Shown in pieces: positions 38,442 through 48,244 of a stretch of 64,000 nucleotides of DNA (position 1 is the first letter of the stretch; each line of letters starts with the position of its first letter). The notes beneath the pieces were generated by a model, which was not told the origin of the DNA, made no database searches, and was given only the letters and a program-made list of their open reading frames with translations. The position numbers were made by a program, and so were the translations under genes. Origin of the DNA: Minisyncoccota bacterium (GTDB taxonomy: Bacteria > Patescibacteriota > Minisyncoccia > Phycocordibacterales > DAORIS01); assembly GCA_035438625.1 (NCBI GenBank), contig DAORIS010000001.1:56104-120103 (forward strand), read 5' to 3'.

Positions 38442-39650
38442 CTAGTGTGCGTGTCCTCCGTGTGCATGCACATGCGAATGTTGTTCAGAAGCAGCTTCAA
38501 CTGACGCGATTTCTTTCTTTACCGTCTCTGAATTTTTTGGTCCTACTGGCATTTTAATGAGTAGCCACACAGCGATAAGCGTTGTAAGTGGTACAGCAAG
38601 CACAAGACCAATACCGCCTAGCATTGTTCGTACTACTTCCGTTGCAAATACTTCCCTGTTAAGTGTAAATCCGAGGGACGACTCTGAAGTTGAGATGAGT
38701 AACAATAGCGGAAGCGACGCACCGGCATACGCAATGGCGAGTGTGTTAACGAGCGCACCAATGTGTTCTCGTCCCATACGTATTGCTCGCGCATAAATTA
38801 CGTTACGTGGAACGTGAGGACCAATTCGATGCAACTCTTCAACAGCAAGAGACTGTCCAATTGCAACATCATAGAGAGCTCCAAGGAGACCAATCAATAT
38901 TCCACCAAGAAGTAGCCCTTGGAAATCAATAATGCCTCCGGTATTAAAGTTTAGATACACCGCTTCATCAGAATCAAATCCTGAAAGCGAAGTAACATCT
39001 ACGCTAAACGCAGTGAGAAACCCAACAGCAACGACCGTAAGCACCATTCCTAACACTGCTGATGTTGTCATCTTACTTATCCCATGTGTCACATATGATC
39101 CGACGATGATAATAATTGCTGAGACGGCTACACTCACCAACACAGGTGAATATCCAGCAAGTACTCCTGGGAACAACACGTACACAATCAAGAGCAAGCT
39201 TCCAGCAAGTGTGATCAGTCCTCGTAACCCTTGCATTCCGCCAAAAAAGAGTACTGCTGCTATAAAGAGAACTGTAAAGAATACAAGCCATGGCAGACGA
39301 TACGGTTCAGCGATAGACCAGTATTCATTTCCTTCAAACTGACTTATCGTATGTGTGAGATATATTTTCTGTCCAACTTCTACAATTAAGCGATCGTTTT
39401 CAAACGTAATTACTTTTCCAACATTCTCTCCATCTAACAACCTCACTTCAATAGTTTGAATTCTTGCAGTTACAGGAGTATCAGCAATGGTTTCAGTTCG
39501 TTCTTCAAGAATCCGTACCACTTCCCCTTTACGGTGCTCAAAAGAGTCTTGGACCAGAACAGCATCACCTGCGTTTACGACACCAGAAGTGAGGAAGGGT
39601 GCTAATAAAAATATTAGTGAGAATACTGAAATATGAAGAATTTTTCTCAT
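38442..39650 (-). CDS. YibE/F family membrane protein
   Basis: GALYDVAIGQ, GREHIGALVNTLAIAYAGASLPLLL; His-rich C-terminal tail. Confidence 0.9.
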   Translation of the reverse strand: MRKILHISVFSLIFLLAPFLTSGVVNAGDAVLVQDSFEHRKGEVVRILEERTETIADTPVTARIQTIEVRLLDGENVGKVITFENDRLIVEVGQKIYLTHTISQFEGNEYWSIAEPYRLPWLVFFTVLFIAAVLFFGGMQGLRGLITLAGSLLLIVYVLFPGVLAGYSPVLVSVAVSAIIIIVGSYVTHGISKMTTSAVLGMVLTVVAVGFLTAFSVDVTSLSGFDSDEAVYLNFNTGGIIDFQGLLLGGILIGLLGALYDVAIGQSLAVEELHRIGPHVPRNVIYARAIRMGREHIGALVNTLAIAYAGASLPLLLLISTSESSLGFTLNREVFATEVVRTMLGGIGLVLAVPLTTLIAVWLLIKMPVGPKNSETVKKEIASVEAASEQHSHVHAHGGHAH

Positions 39651-39705
39651 GCGCAAAGTCTAGCATATTGATAAATCGCCGTTTTCGATTAGAATGGCAA
39701 TGTCC

Positions 39706-39777
39706 GGCGCTATCGTCTAACGGTTAGGACGAGGGCTTCTCAAGCCCTAAATCGGGGTTCGATTCCCCGTAGCGTCA
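39706..39777 (+). tRNA. tRNA-Glu (CTC)
   Basis: GGCGCTA/TAGCGTC acceptor, AGGGC-TTCTCAA-GCCCT anticodon arm, CGGGGTTCGATTCCCCG T-arm; CCA not encoded. Confidence 0.95.
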
Positions 39778-39854
39778 CATATATTGACATTATTAAAGAT
39801 TAGTGTTATTTTTAAAATGGATCGAAAGCTACATTTTGCACGAAAGGATACATC

Positions 39855-40709
39855 ATGCGGAAAAAGCAAATAGCACCTTTAACATCTACCAGACCAACAA
39901 TTGAAACGTCATGTCCTGGTATTGGACTAATGCGCTATGCTTACACAGAGGAGAAAGAGCGGAGCGACATCTCCACAATTGAAGAGGCACGAAAAAATGG
40001 CAACGTCTGTAAAGATGCACTCCATCTTTACAGCAATCTACAAAGGACAGCCGCACATCTAAAGATCTGCTTCACAGAAGAAGAGGCTCAAGGGATGGAG
40101 TTAAAGTTCCATCTTCAAGAGATGTGCAATGCGTCCACAACCCATCACTTGCTCTCTGAGTGTGCTGAAGTATGTCAAGGAGCTATTCCTAACCAACTGA
40201 GAGCAGATGAATGGGCACAGTGGCATCCATACCGCAGTAGGACATTTCTGTTACCAGACAAGAAGAAGTTAAGTCTTCTTGGTGAGACTGAATCATCGGT
40301 TAGACAAAAATTCCTAGATTGCATCGCAGGGATCTCAGAGGCACTTGTCCGTAAACTACGAAATAATTTCGAAAAGGAGGACTGCACGGACATTCTCACC
40401 AGCCTCAAAGAAGCAATCATGATTTCAGGAAAGGGTTGGTCTTCATTTGGTATTACTCCAGCCGAAGCGATAGACCTAACTCAGAAATCAATCATGTTCA
40501 CGACAAAACGTCTTGTGCAAAATGCATGTGCCAAGAAAAATTTGGCTGATCTTTTAAAAGCCCTAAACCTACGCAAGGAATGGGGGTTCAGCTGGTCAGA
40601 CATTGGAATCACACCGCAGGAAGCATACCGGGTAATAACTGATATGTATATCCGATCACTTGAAATACCCGAACTAATTGAAGAGCTACAACTTCTTCCC
40701 CGGCTGTAA
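39855..40709 (+). CDS. Orphan helical protein with internal WSxxGITPxEA repeats
   Basis: TTGACA promoter just after the tRNA, SD AAAGGA; GWSSFGITPAEA and FSWSDIGITPQEA. Confidence 0.75.
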   Translation: MRKKQIAPLTSTRPTIETSCPGIGLMRYAYTEEKERSDISTIEEARKNGNVCKDALHLYSNLQRTAAHLKICFTEEEAQGMELKFHLQEMCNASTTHHLLSECAEVCQGAIPNQLRADEWAQWHPYRSRTFLLPDKKKLSLLGETESSVRQKFLDCIAGISEALVRKLRNNFEKEDCTDILTSLKEAIMISGKGWSSFGITPAEAIDLTQKSIMFTTKRLVQNACAKKNLADLLKALNLRKEWGFSWSDIGITPQEAYRVITDMYIRSLEIPELIEELQLLPRL

Positions 40710-40729
40710 ATCCCAATTATGCGACTTAA

Positions 40730-40763
40730 CAACCCCAAACCGAAAGGAATGGGGTTTTGTTTT
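40730..40763 (+). terminator. Intrinsic terminator
   Basis: AACCCCA...TGGGGTT plus T-run. Confidence 0.6.
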
Positions 40764-40857
40764 ACTTTAATTCGTAATAAGACATTAAATATAAAATGAC
40801 TTGGTTCCAATTCCATCCCACTTGGGTCACAACAGAAAGAGTTACCCTAAATACAAA

Positions 40858-40886
40858 GAAGCCCACAACCTTTCGGTGTGGGCTTC
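40858..40886 (-). terminator. Intrinsic terminator
   Basis: GAAGCCCACA...TGTGGGCTTC. Confidence 0.65.
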
Positions 40887-40910
40887 AAATTGAAATGTTC
40901 AAAGGTGTCC

Positions 40911-41075
40911 TTAGAGCAGGACAACGAACGGCCTTCCGTTGACTTTGACCACTGTCGTTCGACATGTGGTACGTGTGGACGGACGAACGTTCAAGCGAAG
41001 GTTTCTTCCGCGGGCAAGCTTGTGGCTACCTGCTGAAGCAAAACACCAACGCGATTTGGAACTTGATGAGGACAT
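40911..41075 (-). CDS. Small basic orphan protein (54 aa, not in the ORF track)
   Basis: MSSSSSKSRWCFASAGSHKLARGRNLRLNVRPSTRTTCRTTVVKVNGRPFVVLL; SD GAGGG; TTGACA-16-TATAAT upstream; terminator downstream. Confidence 0.6.
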   Translation of the reverse strand: MSSSSSKSRWCFASAGSHKLARGRNLRLNVRPSTRTTCRTTVVKVNGRPFVVLL

Positions 41076-41201
41076 GGGTCCCTCGTGTAAAAAGAACGAT
41101 ACCGGTAGCGGATAACCAACCCTGGTACACCGTACTCCACCTGTATCTGATATATATTATATAACTTTTTAGACCACTGTCAAGTACCCGAATGTATGGC
41201 C

Positions 41202-42533
41202 TTATTCCTTGCTTTTCCAGACTGAATCTTGCCGCACAAGTAACTCACTCGCCTGTTCTGGTTGATCCATGACTTCTAGGACTGCTCGCTCCATACGCAT
41301 ACTTTGAGAGCCTTTTATGAGTACAACATCACCTGCTTCAATGATAGTTTCTACAAACTTCCCCGCTTTCTTAGAATCTTCATACTGAAAAATGTGTGTC
41401 TCTGCCATTCCGTGCTCAAGTGCTCCTCGTGCAATTTCTCGCGCTCTAATTCCAACCGTAACAAGTACATGTGCAGCACGTGCAACTTTTTCACCAACTG
41501 CATAGTGAGCTCCGGGCGAGTGCGCACCGAGCTCCATCATGTCACCAAGCACAACAATCTTCTTTCCTTCTGCATGGACTGATTTCAAAGCTTGTAGCGC
41601 TTCTTGGACAGCAATCGGTGATGAGTTATATGTGTCATCGATAATTACAGAATCTTTAATGCCATCGATAAGACGCATACGTCCACGACTGGGTGTTGTT
41701 GTAGCGAGCGCCTTTATTGCATCAACAAGAGAAATGTCAAATGTCTGCGCGACCGCAATAGCAGCAAGTCCTGAAAATGATCGGTGTGTTCCGATTGTTC
41801 CTGGGAGTGTCAGTGTGTACTCGGTTCCCATTCCACCTCCGGCTACAAAGCGCGCCTCTTCACCGATAGGAAACTTTGTTTTTTGCTTTCCACTGCTACT
41901 TTCTGCGTACATTGGCTTTGATCCTAGGAGTTGAATATCTGCGCCTGATTTTTTTCCATAGGTAATGAGCTTTTGGTTTTCAGCCATTACATCTTTTGCT
42001 GACATTGAAAATATACTGTCCGCGTCAACAATGAGGGTTCCGCCAGATTTAAGTGCTTTTGCAAGTTCAATTTTCTCAGCTGCAAGTGACGCAGCGTCTG
42101 GAAAGAATTCAACGTGTACGGGAATTTCAGGAATGTGAGTAATGACAGTCACATCAGGTGTGAGCCATGTACCAATATTTTTAATATCCCCTGGATGATC
42201 TGCACCAACCTCAACGACAATGATTTCAGGATATTCATTAGAAAAGAAAGCGATCTTGAAGCCCACGATAATATTCCACAGCCACCCAATAGGATTTGCC
42301 CATGCATTTGGAAGTCCCAAAATAGTGAGTGGTACTCCAATTTCTGAGTTGAAACTCTTATCGCTTTTTCGTGCGTGATACTTTGTTGAAATCACCGCAT
42401 AAATTGCGTCTTTTGCAGATGTCTTTCCAACATTACCGGTTACTGCAATTATCTTAGGCTTCTTTCTCTTAAGAAGAATTGCTGACTCTTTAGATAGTAT
42501 CTGGGTGACAACGCGCTTAAAGTATTCTTTCAT
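41202..42533 (-). CDS. murF: UDP-MurNAc-tripeptide--D-Ala-D-Ala ligase
   Basis: VTGNVGKTS, FNSEIGVP, DDTYNSSP, LGDMMELG, KGSQSMRME. Confidence 0.93.
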   Translation of the reverse strand: MKEYFKRVVTQILSKESAILLKRKKPKIIAVTGNVGKTSAKDAIYAVISTKYHARKSDKSFNSEIGVPLTILGLPNAWANPIGWLWNIIVGFKIAFFSNEYPEIIVVEVGADHPGDIKNIGTWLTPDVTVITHIPEIPVHVEFFPDAASLAAEKIELAKALKSGGTLIVDADSIFSMSAKDVMAENQKLITYGKKSGADIQLLGSKPMYAESSSGKQKTKFPIGEEARFVAGGGMGTEYTLTLPGTIGTHRSFSGLAAIAVAQTFDISLVDAIKALATTTPSRGRMRLIDGIKDSVIIDDTYNSSPIAVQEALQALKSVHAEGKKIVVLGDMMELGAHSPGAHYAVGEKVARAAHVLVTVGIRAREIARGALEHGMAETHIFQYEDSKKAGKFVETIIEAGDVVLIKGSQSMRMERAVLEVMDQPEQASELLVRQDSVWKSKE

Positions 42534-42554
42534 GTGGCTATAATACCAAAGCTA

Positions 42555-44270
42555 TTAGCGATCTGGGGGTATTTCGTAATAATTGATCAAATACTGTGCA
42601 ATGGTGTGGAATGGGTATGACAGTGTGTGTGAGGCATAGTCTTCTCCTTGAGGCTCAAGGGTATACATGAATACGAGGAATTTAGGGTCATACGCTGGGA
42701 AATATCCAAAGAATGAGTGGAGATATCGGTCGTCATAGTATCCTCCTCCTGGCTTGGCAATTTGAGCTGTTCCGGTCTTTGCAGCAATGCTATACCCCGG
42801 GATTACCACTTCTCCACCCAACAATGCTTTATCCACCACCGTCGTCAACATAGAAGAGATTTTACGAGACGTTTCAGCAGAAAATACTCGTTGCTTTTCT
42901 GTATACGTTGGAGTTTTTGTCGTGCCTGATGTGTATTCAATTCGCTTCACAACATGCGGTGTGATTAGTTCTCCACCATTTCCAAGCGCAGAAAGTGCTC
43001 GGACAAGAGAAACTGGTGTAACGGCAATACCTTGTCCGAATGACGCTGTTGCATAGTTAACATCTTCACGAGTTCGAAGGTTCTGTGCCAAGTTTCTTCC
43101 TTCGTGTGGAAGATCAATTCCAGAGTAGCTATCAAGCCCAAGCGCAAAGAAATAATCTGCAAAACGCTTGTTGCCGAGTTTTGTTGCGATATACGACACA
43201 CCAGTGTTGAGAGACTGGTTTAGAACTTCTTGCATTGAAACTTCTCCGCGAGCACGTTTGTCGTAGTTATAAATAGTTCGTCCGTTTAAGGTAAGTGATC
43301 CGGCATCAAAATATGTTGAGGTTGGTTCAATGACCCCAGCATCAAGTCCTGCTGCAACAGTAAGTGGCTTAATAATCGATCCCATTTCGTACACATTTTG
43401 TACGTTTGGATTGGTAAATACTGCAGCATCATCGACAGTTTGGAATGTGTTTGGATCGAAATTAGGAACGGCTCCCATTGCGTATATTTCCCCGTTTTGT
43501 GGATTAATAATGATTCCTCCCGTTAATTTTGCATTATATTTTTCTTGTACTCCTTCAAGTTCTCGTTCAAACAGCAATTGAACGTTTGGTTCGATAGTTG
43601 AAACAACATCACCTTCACCACCTGATGAGTATGTGATTTTTTTATTAATATTTGAAAATACTTCTGCAAAGAAGTTTGAGTACACATTCTTTGTGCCGCG
43701 CCCGAGTATGTCTTCAAATTGTCGCTCCAAGCCGTATCGTCCACCAAAATCATCCCCGTCGTATCCCAAAAATCCCAAGGCGTGTGATGCAAGGGTGTTT
43801 CCTGGGTATGTCCTCCATCGCTCGGTAAACAAGCGAACCCCAGGAAGATTAAGTGCTTCAAGCTCTGCCCCAGCTTCTTTAGTGATTCGTTTACCAATTT
43901 CTTCATACGGATCTTCTTTTTTATCCGCCTTCTTCATGAATATCTCTCGATCAAGTGGGTAGATTGCATTTAACTTGTCATACGTTCCCTCTTCATCAGT
44001 AATAAGACCTGGGTTAATGGCGAGCGTGTATCCGGTTTGAAGAGCTGCAGCAGAAAATTTTTCACCATCTTTAGTAGTGAAATAAATTGAACCGCGATCG
44101 AAAATCTTTTGATCAGGATTTGTGTACTGCCTATCAGCACGCTCTCGAAACGCTTCTGCGTTTACAATTTGTAACGAATACAAACGTGCAATAAGTACAC
44201 CTGAAAATAAGAGAAAGCCAAAGGCAATTAGCCTTACTCTCCAACGAAATTCATCCTTGCTGCCCTTCAT
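42555..44270 (-). CDS. ftsI: Class B penicillin-binding protein FtsI
   Basis: GSIIK, SLN, KTGTAQ; in mraZ-rsmH-ftsL order. Confidence 0.88.
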   Translation of the reverse strand: MKGSKDEFRWRVRLIAFGFLLFSGVLIARLYSLQIVNAEAFRERADRQYTNPDQKIFDRGSIYFTTKDGEKFSAAALQTGYTLAINPGLITDEEGTYDKLNAIYPLDREIFMKKADKKEDPYEEIGKRITKEAGAELEALNLPGVRLFTERWRTYPGNTLASHALGFLGYDGDDFGGRYGLERQFEDILGRGTKNVYSNFFAEVFSNINKKITYSSGGEGDVVSTIEPNVQLLFERELEGVQEKYNAKLTGGIIINPQNGEIYAMGAVPNFDPNTFQTVDDAAVFTNPNVQNVYEMGSIIKPLTVAAGLDAGVIEPTSTYFDAGSLTLNGRTIYNYDKRARGEVSMQEVLNQSLNTGVSYIATKLGNKRFADYFFALGLDSYSGIDLPHEGRNLAQNLRTREDVNYATASFGQGIAVTPVSLVRALSALGNGGELITPHVVKRIEYTSGTTKTPTYTEKQRVFSAETSRKISSMLTTVVDKALLGGEVVIPGYSIAAKTGTAQIAKPGGGYYDDRYLHSFFGYFPAYDPKFLVFMYTLEPQGEDYASHTLSYPFHTIAQYLINYYEIPPDR

Positions 44271-44289
44271 CGTGCGATAAGTATACGAC

Positions 44290-44604
44290 CTACCGGTTGC
44301 CTAGCGCTATACCCAATGAGTGAACATCGATAATACTTCTGTTCTCTGAGAGGTCAGAGAGTGTATATGTTGAAGGGTCTTCAATTGAAACACCTGACTT
44401 AATAGCAATAAAGTCTTGTTCGAGCATATTAATTTCTGCAGAAACTTCTGCCTGCTTTTCTGAGAAATGCTGCTTGCTTGCAGCTACTTTAACTACTCCC
44501 ACCACCAGGAAACCGTATGAAATCACTGAAGCTACGAGTACTGAAATTGCAATCTTACATGCAAGTACTGCATACGTTTTCCTGATTTTGCGAGTATAGT
44601 TCAT
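44290..44604 (-). CDS. FtsL-like cell division protein
   Basis: Single TM plus short coiled coil between rsmH and ftsI. Confidence 0.6.
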   Translation of the reverse strand: MNYTRKIRKTYAVLACKIAISVLVASVISYGFLVVGVVKVAASKQHFSEKQAEVSAEINMLEQDFIAIKSGVSIEDPSTYTLSDLSENRSIIDVHSLGIALGNR

Positions 44605-44622
44605 TTATTTTAAAAGTTACTG

Positions 44623-45513
44623 CTAATGTGTTTTTTCTACGATGCGAAGTTTGGCACTTCGAGATCGTGGGTTTTCCTGTACCTCTTTCTCTCCTCCTTC
44701 AATCGGACGCTTTGTAAGCAGCTTTCCTGATTGTGCGTCCGAAAGCTCTCTAAAATATCTCTTTACAATTCTGTCTTCTAAACTATGAAACGAGATTGCA
44801 GCGATTCTCCCTTCAGAACTGAGTACGTCCCACGCCACGTGTAGCCCCTTCGCAACTGCATCAAGTTCCCTATTAACTGCAATGCGTAGCGCTTGAAACG
44901 TTCGTGTAGCAGGGTGAATGCGACCATGTCGATATATTGCTGGAACTACTCCTTTGATGATGTCTACAAGCGTTGCAGTGCTATTGATTCGCCCTTCTTC
45001 CCGTGCCGATACAATTGCTCGAGCAATTCGCTTTGCATACTTCTCTTCTCCAAAGCCTGTGAGGATCGCAACAAGTGTATCTTCTCCCCATTCGTTAACG
45101 ACATCAGCTGCAGTTACTGGATAGTTTCCACTGGTTGTGTCAAAACGCATGTCGAGTGGTTCGTCTTCGGCGAATGTAAACCCTCGCTCTGAACCTTGTA
45201 ACTGGTCTGAGCTTAGTCCGAAATCGAAGAGTACACCGACCACAGTTGATCCAGGTGTAACAAACTCTTTCATTCGCTCATATGACGCGTGATACACCTT
45301 CGCTCGATCCTTGAAGCGTTCTAGTGCATGTGTTGCCCTCTCCATCGCTCCACGATCAAGATCAAATCCGATGAGATGTAATTTTGGATACCGCTCAAGG
45401 ATTTCGATTGCATGTCCTGCGTTATTTACCGTTCCGTCAATGACAACACCCTTTGCAAAGCGTTCAAGTCCTAGACTTTGGATTGTTTCTTCTAAAAGAA
45501 CTGGTATGTGCAT
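44623..45513 (-). CDS. rsmH: 16S rRNA m4C1402 methyltransferase
   Basis: MHIPVLL, PLDMR, FQALRIAVN, SFHSLEDRIVK, NPRSRSAKLR. Confidence 0.96.
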   Translation of the reverse strand: MHIPVLLEETIQSLGLERFAKGVVIDGTVNNAGHAIEILERYPKLHLIGFDLDRGAMERATHALERFKDRAKVYHASYERMKEFVTPGSTVVGVLFDFGLSSDQLQGSERGFTFAEDEPLDMRFDTTSGNYPVTAADVVNEWGEDTLVAILTGFGEEKYAKRIARAIVSAREEGRINSTATLVDIIKGVVPAIYRHGRIHPATRTFQALRIAVNRELDAVAKGLHVAWDVLSSEGRIAAISFHSLEDRIVKRYFRELSDAQSGKLLTKRPIEGGEKEVQENPRSRSAKLRIVEKTH

Positions 45514-45531
45514 AGATATTTGCTTTGTGCG

Positions 45532-45966
45532 TTATATTGCTCCGACTTCACCTAGCTTTTCAGCCAAGGCATCAGCCTTTGAAATGACAGCACTCTTATA
45601 TTCCATCCATCGTTCAGGATTCCAGATCTCAACTCGATTATGAACTCCGGCAAACACCATCTTTCCAGATAATCCTGCGAACTGTCGCAAGAATTCTGGA
45701 ATGAGGATTCGACCAAGGGCGTCCACATCGACTTCTGCTGCACCGGCGAGCATGAATCGGTTAAAACTTCGCATATCTGACTGACCGATTCCCATTCCTC
45801 CGAGTTTTTCAGCGATCTTCTTCCATTCCTTAACGGAATATAAGAACAAGCAGTTATCAAGCCCGTGAGAAATAACAACCTTCTTCCCTACTTCTGAGCG
45901 AAATTTCATAGGCAACGATACCCGGTTTTTTTCGTCTGCAGAATGAGTATATTCGCCTATGAGCAT
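45532..45966 (-). CDS. mraZ: dcw transcriptional repressor MraZ
   Basis: DEKNR, GLDNCL, DALGRILIP, VEIW. Confidence 0.95.
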   Translation of the reverse strand: MLIGEYTHSADEKNRVSLPMKFRSEVGKKVVISHGLDNCLFLYSVKEWKKIAEKLGGMGIGQSDMRSFNRFMLAGAAEVDVDALGRILIPEFLRQFAGLSGKMVFAGVHNRVEIWNPERWMEYKSAVISKADALAEKLGEVGAI

Positions 45967-45977
45967 GTTTTGTTGTT

Positions 45978-46043
45978 TCCCACGTTATACCACTTCTTAC
46001 CATTATAGTGCAACGTATTACATTCGCATTCCACTTATCCCCA
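45978..46043 (-). promoter_or_regulatory. mraZ promoter with MraZ-box repeats
   Basis: Minus strand TATAAT followed by ATGG/GTGG/GTGG at 10-nt period; further TGG boxes upstream. Confidence 0.7.
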
Positions 46044-46072
46044 AAAAACCCATATAGGACACGGATTTTTAC

Positions 46073-46102
46073 AAAAGAAAAGCCGCCACGGAAAGTGGCG
46101 GC
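46073..46102 (-). repeat. Terminator-family repeat copy 1 (AAGAAAAGCCGCCA...TGGCGGC)
   Basis: 17 nt identical to 58083-58099; same stem at 57007-57035. Confidence 0.75.
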
Positions 46103-46119
46103 CATACGAATGAAGTTTG

Positions 46120-46365
46120 CTATGAGAGCGGTGGCCTGGCGTAGATTTTTGTGTATCCACAACCAGGATGTACACAACGCTTCATTTCTTCAGATTGATC
46201 ACTGTCCAAGAGTATCAAACTTTGAGTGACAAGGGAGTTGTGTCTGCATTGAGGACATCGTCGCCGAAACACAAACAAAAACAGTGTTGCGCACATAAGC
46301 ATAACGAATATCACAACCGAAAAAGAAGCAATGATTGCCGTGTCGGAATTTGCTGCAGCAAGCAT
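46120..46365 (-). CDS. TM-anchored Zn-ribbon orphan protein
   Basis: SD GGAGGG; TM then CPQC...CVHPGC. Confidence 0.7.
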   Translation of the reverse strand: MLAAANSDTAIIASFSVVIFVMLMCATLFLFVFRRRCPQCRHNSLVTQSLILLDSDQSEEMKRCVHPGCGYTKIYARPPLS

Positions 46366-46489
46366 GGAACCCTCCACGTAAAACAATAAGAACAATAGTG
46401 AACGCCGAATAACACAATGCCATATACCGCTTTTTTTGTCAAAAAAATAGCGCCCACGTTTGAGCGCCATAAAGAAATAAAATGAGTCA

Positions 46490-46708
46490 CTAGTATTTTC
46501 TCCACTTAAATGAACAATTCCGACACGTGTGCACCCACTCAAAGTCTACGCGGTTATCTGCCAACTCCTGAGTTCGCACAACCGAATATTTCTTGCATTG
46601 AGGACACAGTCCGAACTTATCTTGAATAACGTAACAAACAGCACCCACCACAATGAAAATCACATCACGGATCCCGAAAGTGCCAGGCACAGCTAACATA
46701 ATCAACAC
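46490..46708 (-). CDS. TM-anchored Zn-ribbon orphan protein
   Basis: SD AAGGGAG 6 nt before GTG 46708; TM then CPQC...CRNC. Confidence 0.7.
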   Translation of the reverse strand: MLIMLAVPGTFGIRDVIFIVVGAVCYVIQDKFGLCPQCKKYSVVRTQELADNRVDFEWVHTCRNCSFKWRKY

Positions 46709-46771
46709 TAGATACTCCCTTCGAAAGAAGAACTGGGCTAAGGGTATACCATAAAACAAATAGGTCAAGTG

Positions 46772-48244
46772 TTATTTCTCTTCTTGCTTTGGCTTCACCA
46801 ATGGGAACGTCTGGAGTTCACGAAGTGTAATACCTAAAAGGAGCGCAATGAGTCTCTCACCAAAGCCCATTCCAAAGGCTGGTGGCATTCCATGCTCGAG
46901 CATTTCAACAAATTCCCAGTCAGGCATCATCGCTTCAGTATCACCCGCTTCAAGGAGTGCACGTTGTGCTTCAAATCGTTCTCGCTGATCAATTGGATCA
47001 TTTAATTCTGAAAATCCATTGTTTGCTTCAGATCCCGCGAGGATAAGTTGTGCGCGTTGCACTTTACGTGGGTCAGACGGCAATTCTTTTGCAAGTGGTG
47101 AGACAAGCTTTGGATGATTAATGAGCCACACTGGACCTGCAATTTGCTTACGACAATATTTCCATAATGTATCAGTGAGTCGTTCGCGGTTTTTTCCTTC
47201 ATACTCCACTCCGAGCTCATCTAATCGCTTCTGCATTTCTTCTTCAGTTGCCTCTAGAACATCAACACCAGTCATGTCTTTAACTGTATCTGTGTAATCA
47301 ATTTTCTTCCACTCTCCTGCGATTTCGATTCCCTGAAATCCTTTGATATCAAATGTATCTTTTCCAAACGCAGTCTTGATAGCGTGTTTTAAAAGTTCTT
47401 CTGTAAACTTCATTCCCTCTTCGTATTCCATGTATGAGGAATAAAATTCAAGGTTGGTGAACTCTTGTGCGTGCTCTGGGCTAGTTCCTTCATTTCTGTA
47501 CGCCCGTCCAATTTCAAAGGTACGTGGAATACCACCCGCAAGAAGTCTCTTCTGCCATAGTTCTCCTACAGAGATACGTAGAAACATATCCATATCAAAA
47601 TCATCGTGGTGTGTTCGGAATGGGTTGGCTTCTGCCCCTCCCGTTGTCACTTCAAGTGTTGGCGTATCAACTTCAATAAAACCTCGCTCTAGGAGAAAGT
47701 TTCGGGCAGCGTTCCAGAAGCGAGACTTTGTTCTAATTATTTCTTGTGCGTTTGGGTCAAATAAAATATCGAGGTATCGCTTTCGAAGCTTCTCTTCAGG
47801 ATCCTGTAGTCCGTGCCATTTATCAGGAAGTGGAAGAAGTGATTTGGTGAGCATGTTCCAGCTTTCGACAAGAACAGTTTTCTCACCTCGGTTTGTTGTA
47901 AACACGGTTCCTGTGCACTCAATAAAATCACCAACATCAACAGTCTCTACAAAAAGCGCAAATAGTTTCTCATCGAGGGGTTCGTTCTTCTTTAGAAGTA
48001 CTTGAAACTTTCCTGTGCCGTCAAATAAGTTACCAAACGCAAGTGCGCCTTGTGGCCGAAGTGACATCAAGCGTCCCGAAATAGTTACTTGTGTCTTTGC
48101 TTCCTCAATAGCTACCGCTGTTTCAATAAGTGAGCTAATTGTATGTGTACGACTTGAGCGTGCTGGGTACGCCAAACGACCAGCTTCTTTTAAAAGCTGT
48201 ATCTTTTGGATGCGTACATCCTTGATCTCTTCGGCTGATGCCAT
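46772..48244 (-). CDS. lysS: Lysine--tRNA ligase (class II)
   Basis: LPDKWHGL, GGAEANPF, YRNEG, EHGMPP, FP C-terminus. Confidence 0.96.
   Translation of the reverse strand: MASAEEIKDVRIQKIQLLKEAGRLAYPARSSRTHTISSLIETAVAIEEAKTQVTISGRLMSLRPQGALAFGNLFDGTGKFQVLLKKNEPLDEKLFALFVETVDVGDFIECTGTVFTTNRGEKTVLVESWNMLTKSLLPLPDKWHGLQDPEEKLRKRYLDILFDPNAQEIIRTKSRFWNAARNFLLERGFIEVDTPTLEVTTGGAEANPFRTHHDDFDMDMFLRISVGELWQKRLLAGGIPRTFEIGRAYRNEGTSPEHAQEFTNLEFYSSYMEYEEGMKFTEELLKHAIKTAFGKDTFDIKGFQGIEIAGEWKKIDYTDTVKDMTGVDVLEATEEEMQKRLDELGVEYEGKNRERLTDTLWKYCRKQIAGPVWLINHPKLVSPLAKELPSDPRKVQRAQLILAGSEANNGFSELNDPIDQRERFEAQRALLEAGDTEAMMPDWEFVEMLEHGMPPAFGMGFGERLIALLLGITLRELQTFPLVKPKQEEK

Noticed and set aside
40964-41164. 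66-aa plus-strand ORF
   Set aside because: Promoter, SD and terminator all support the minus-strand ORF at 40911-41075.
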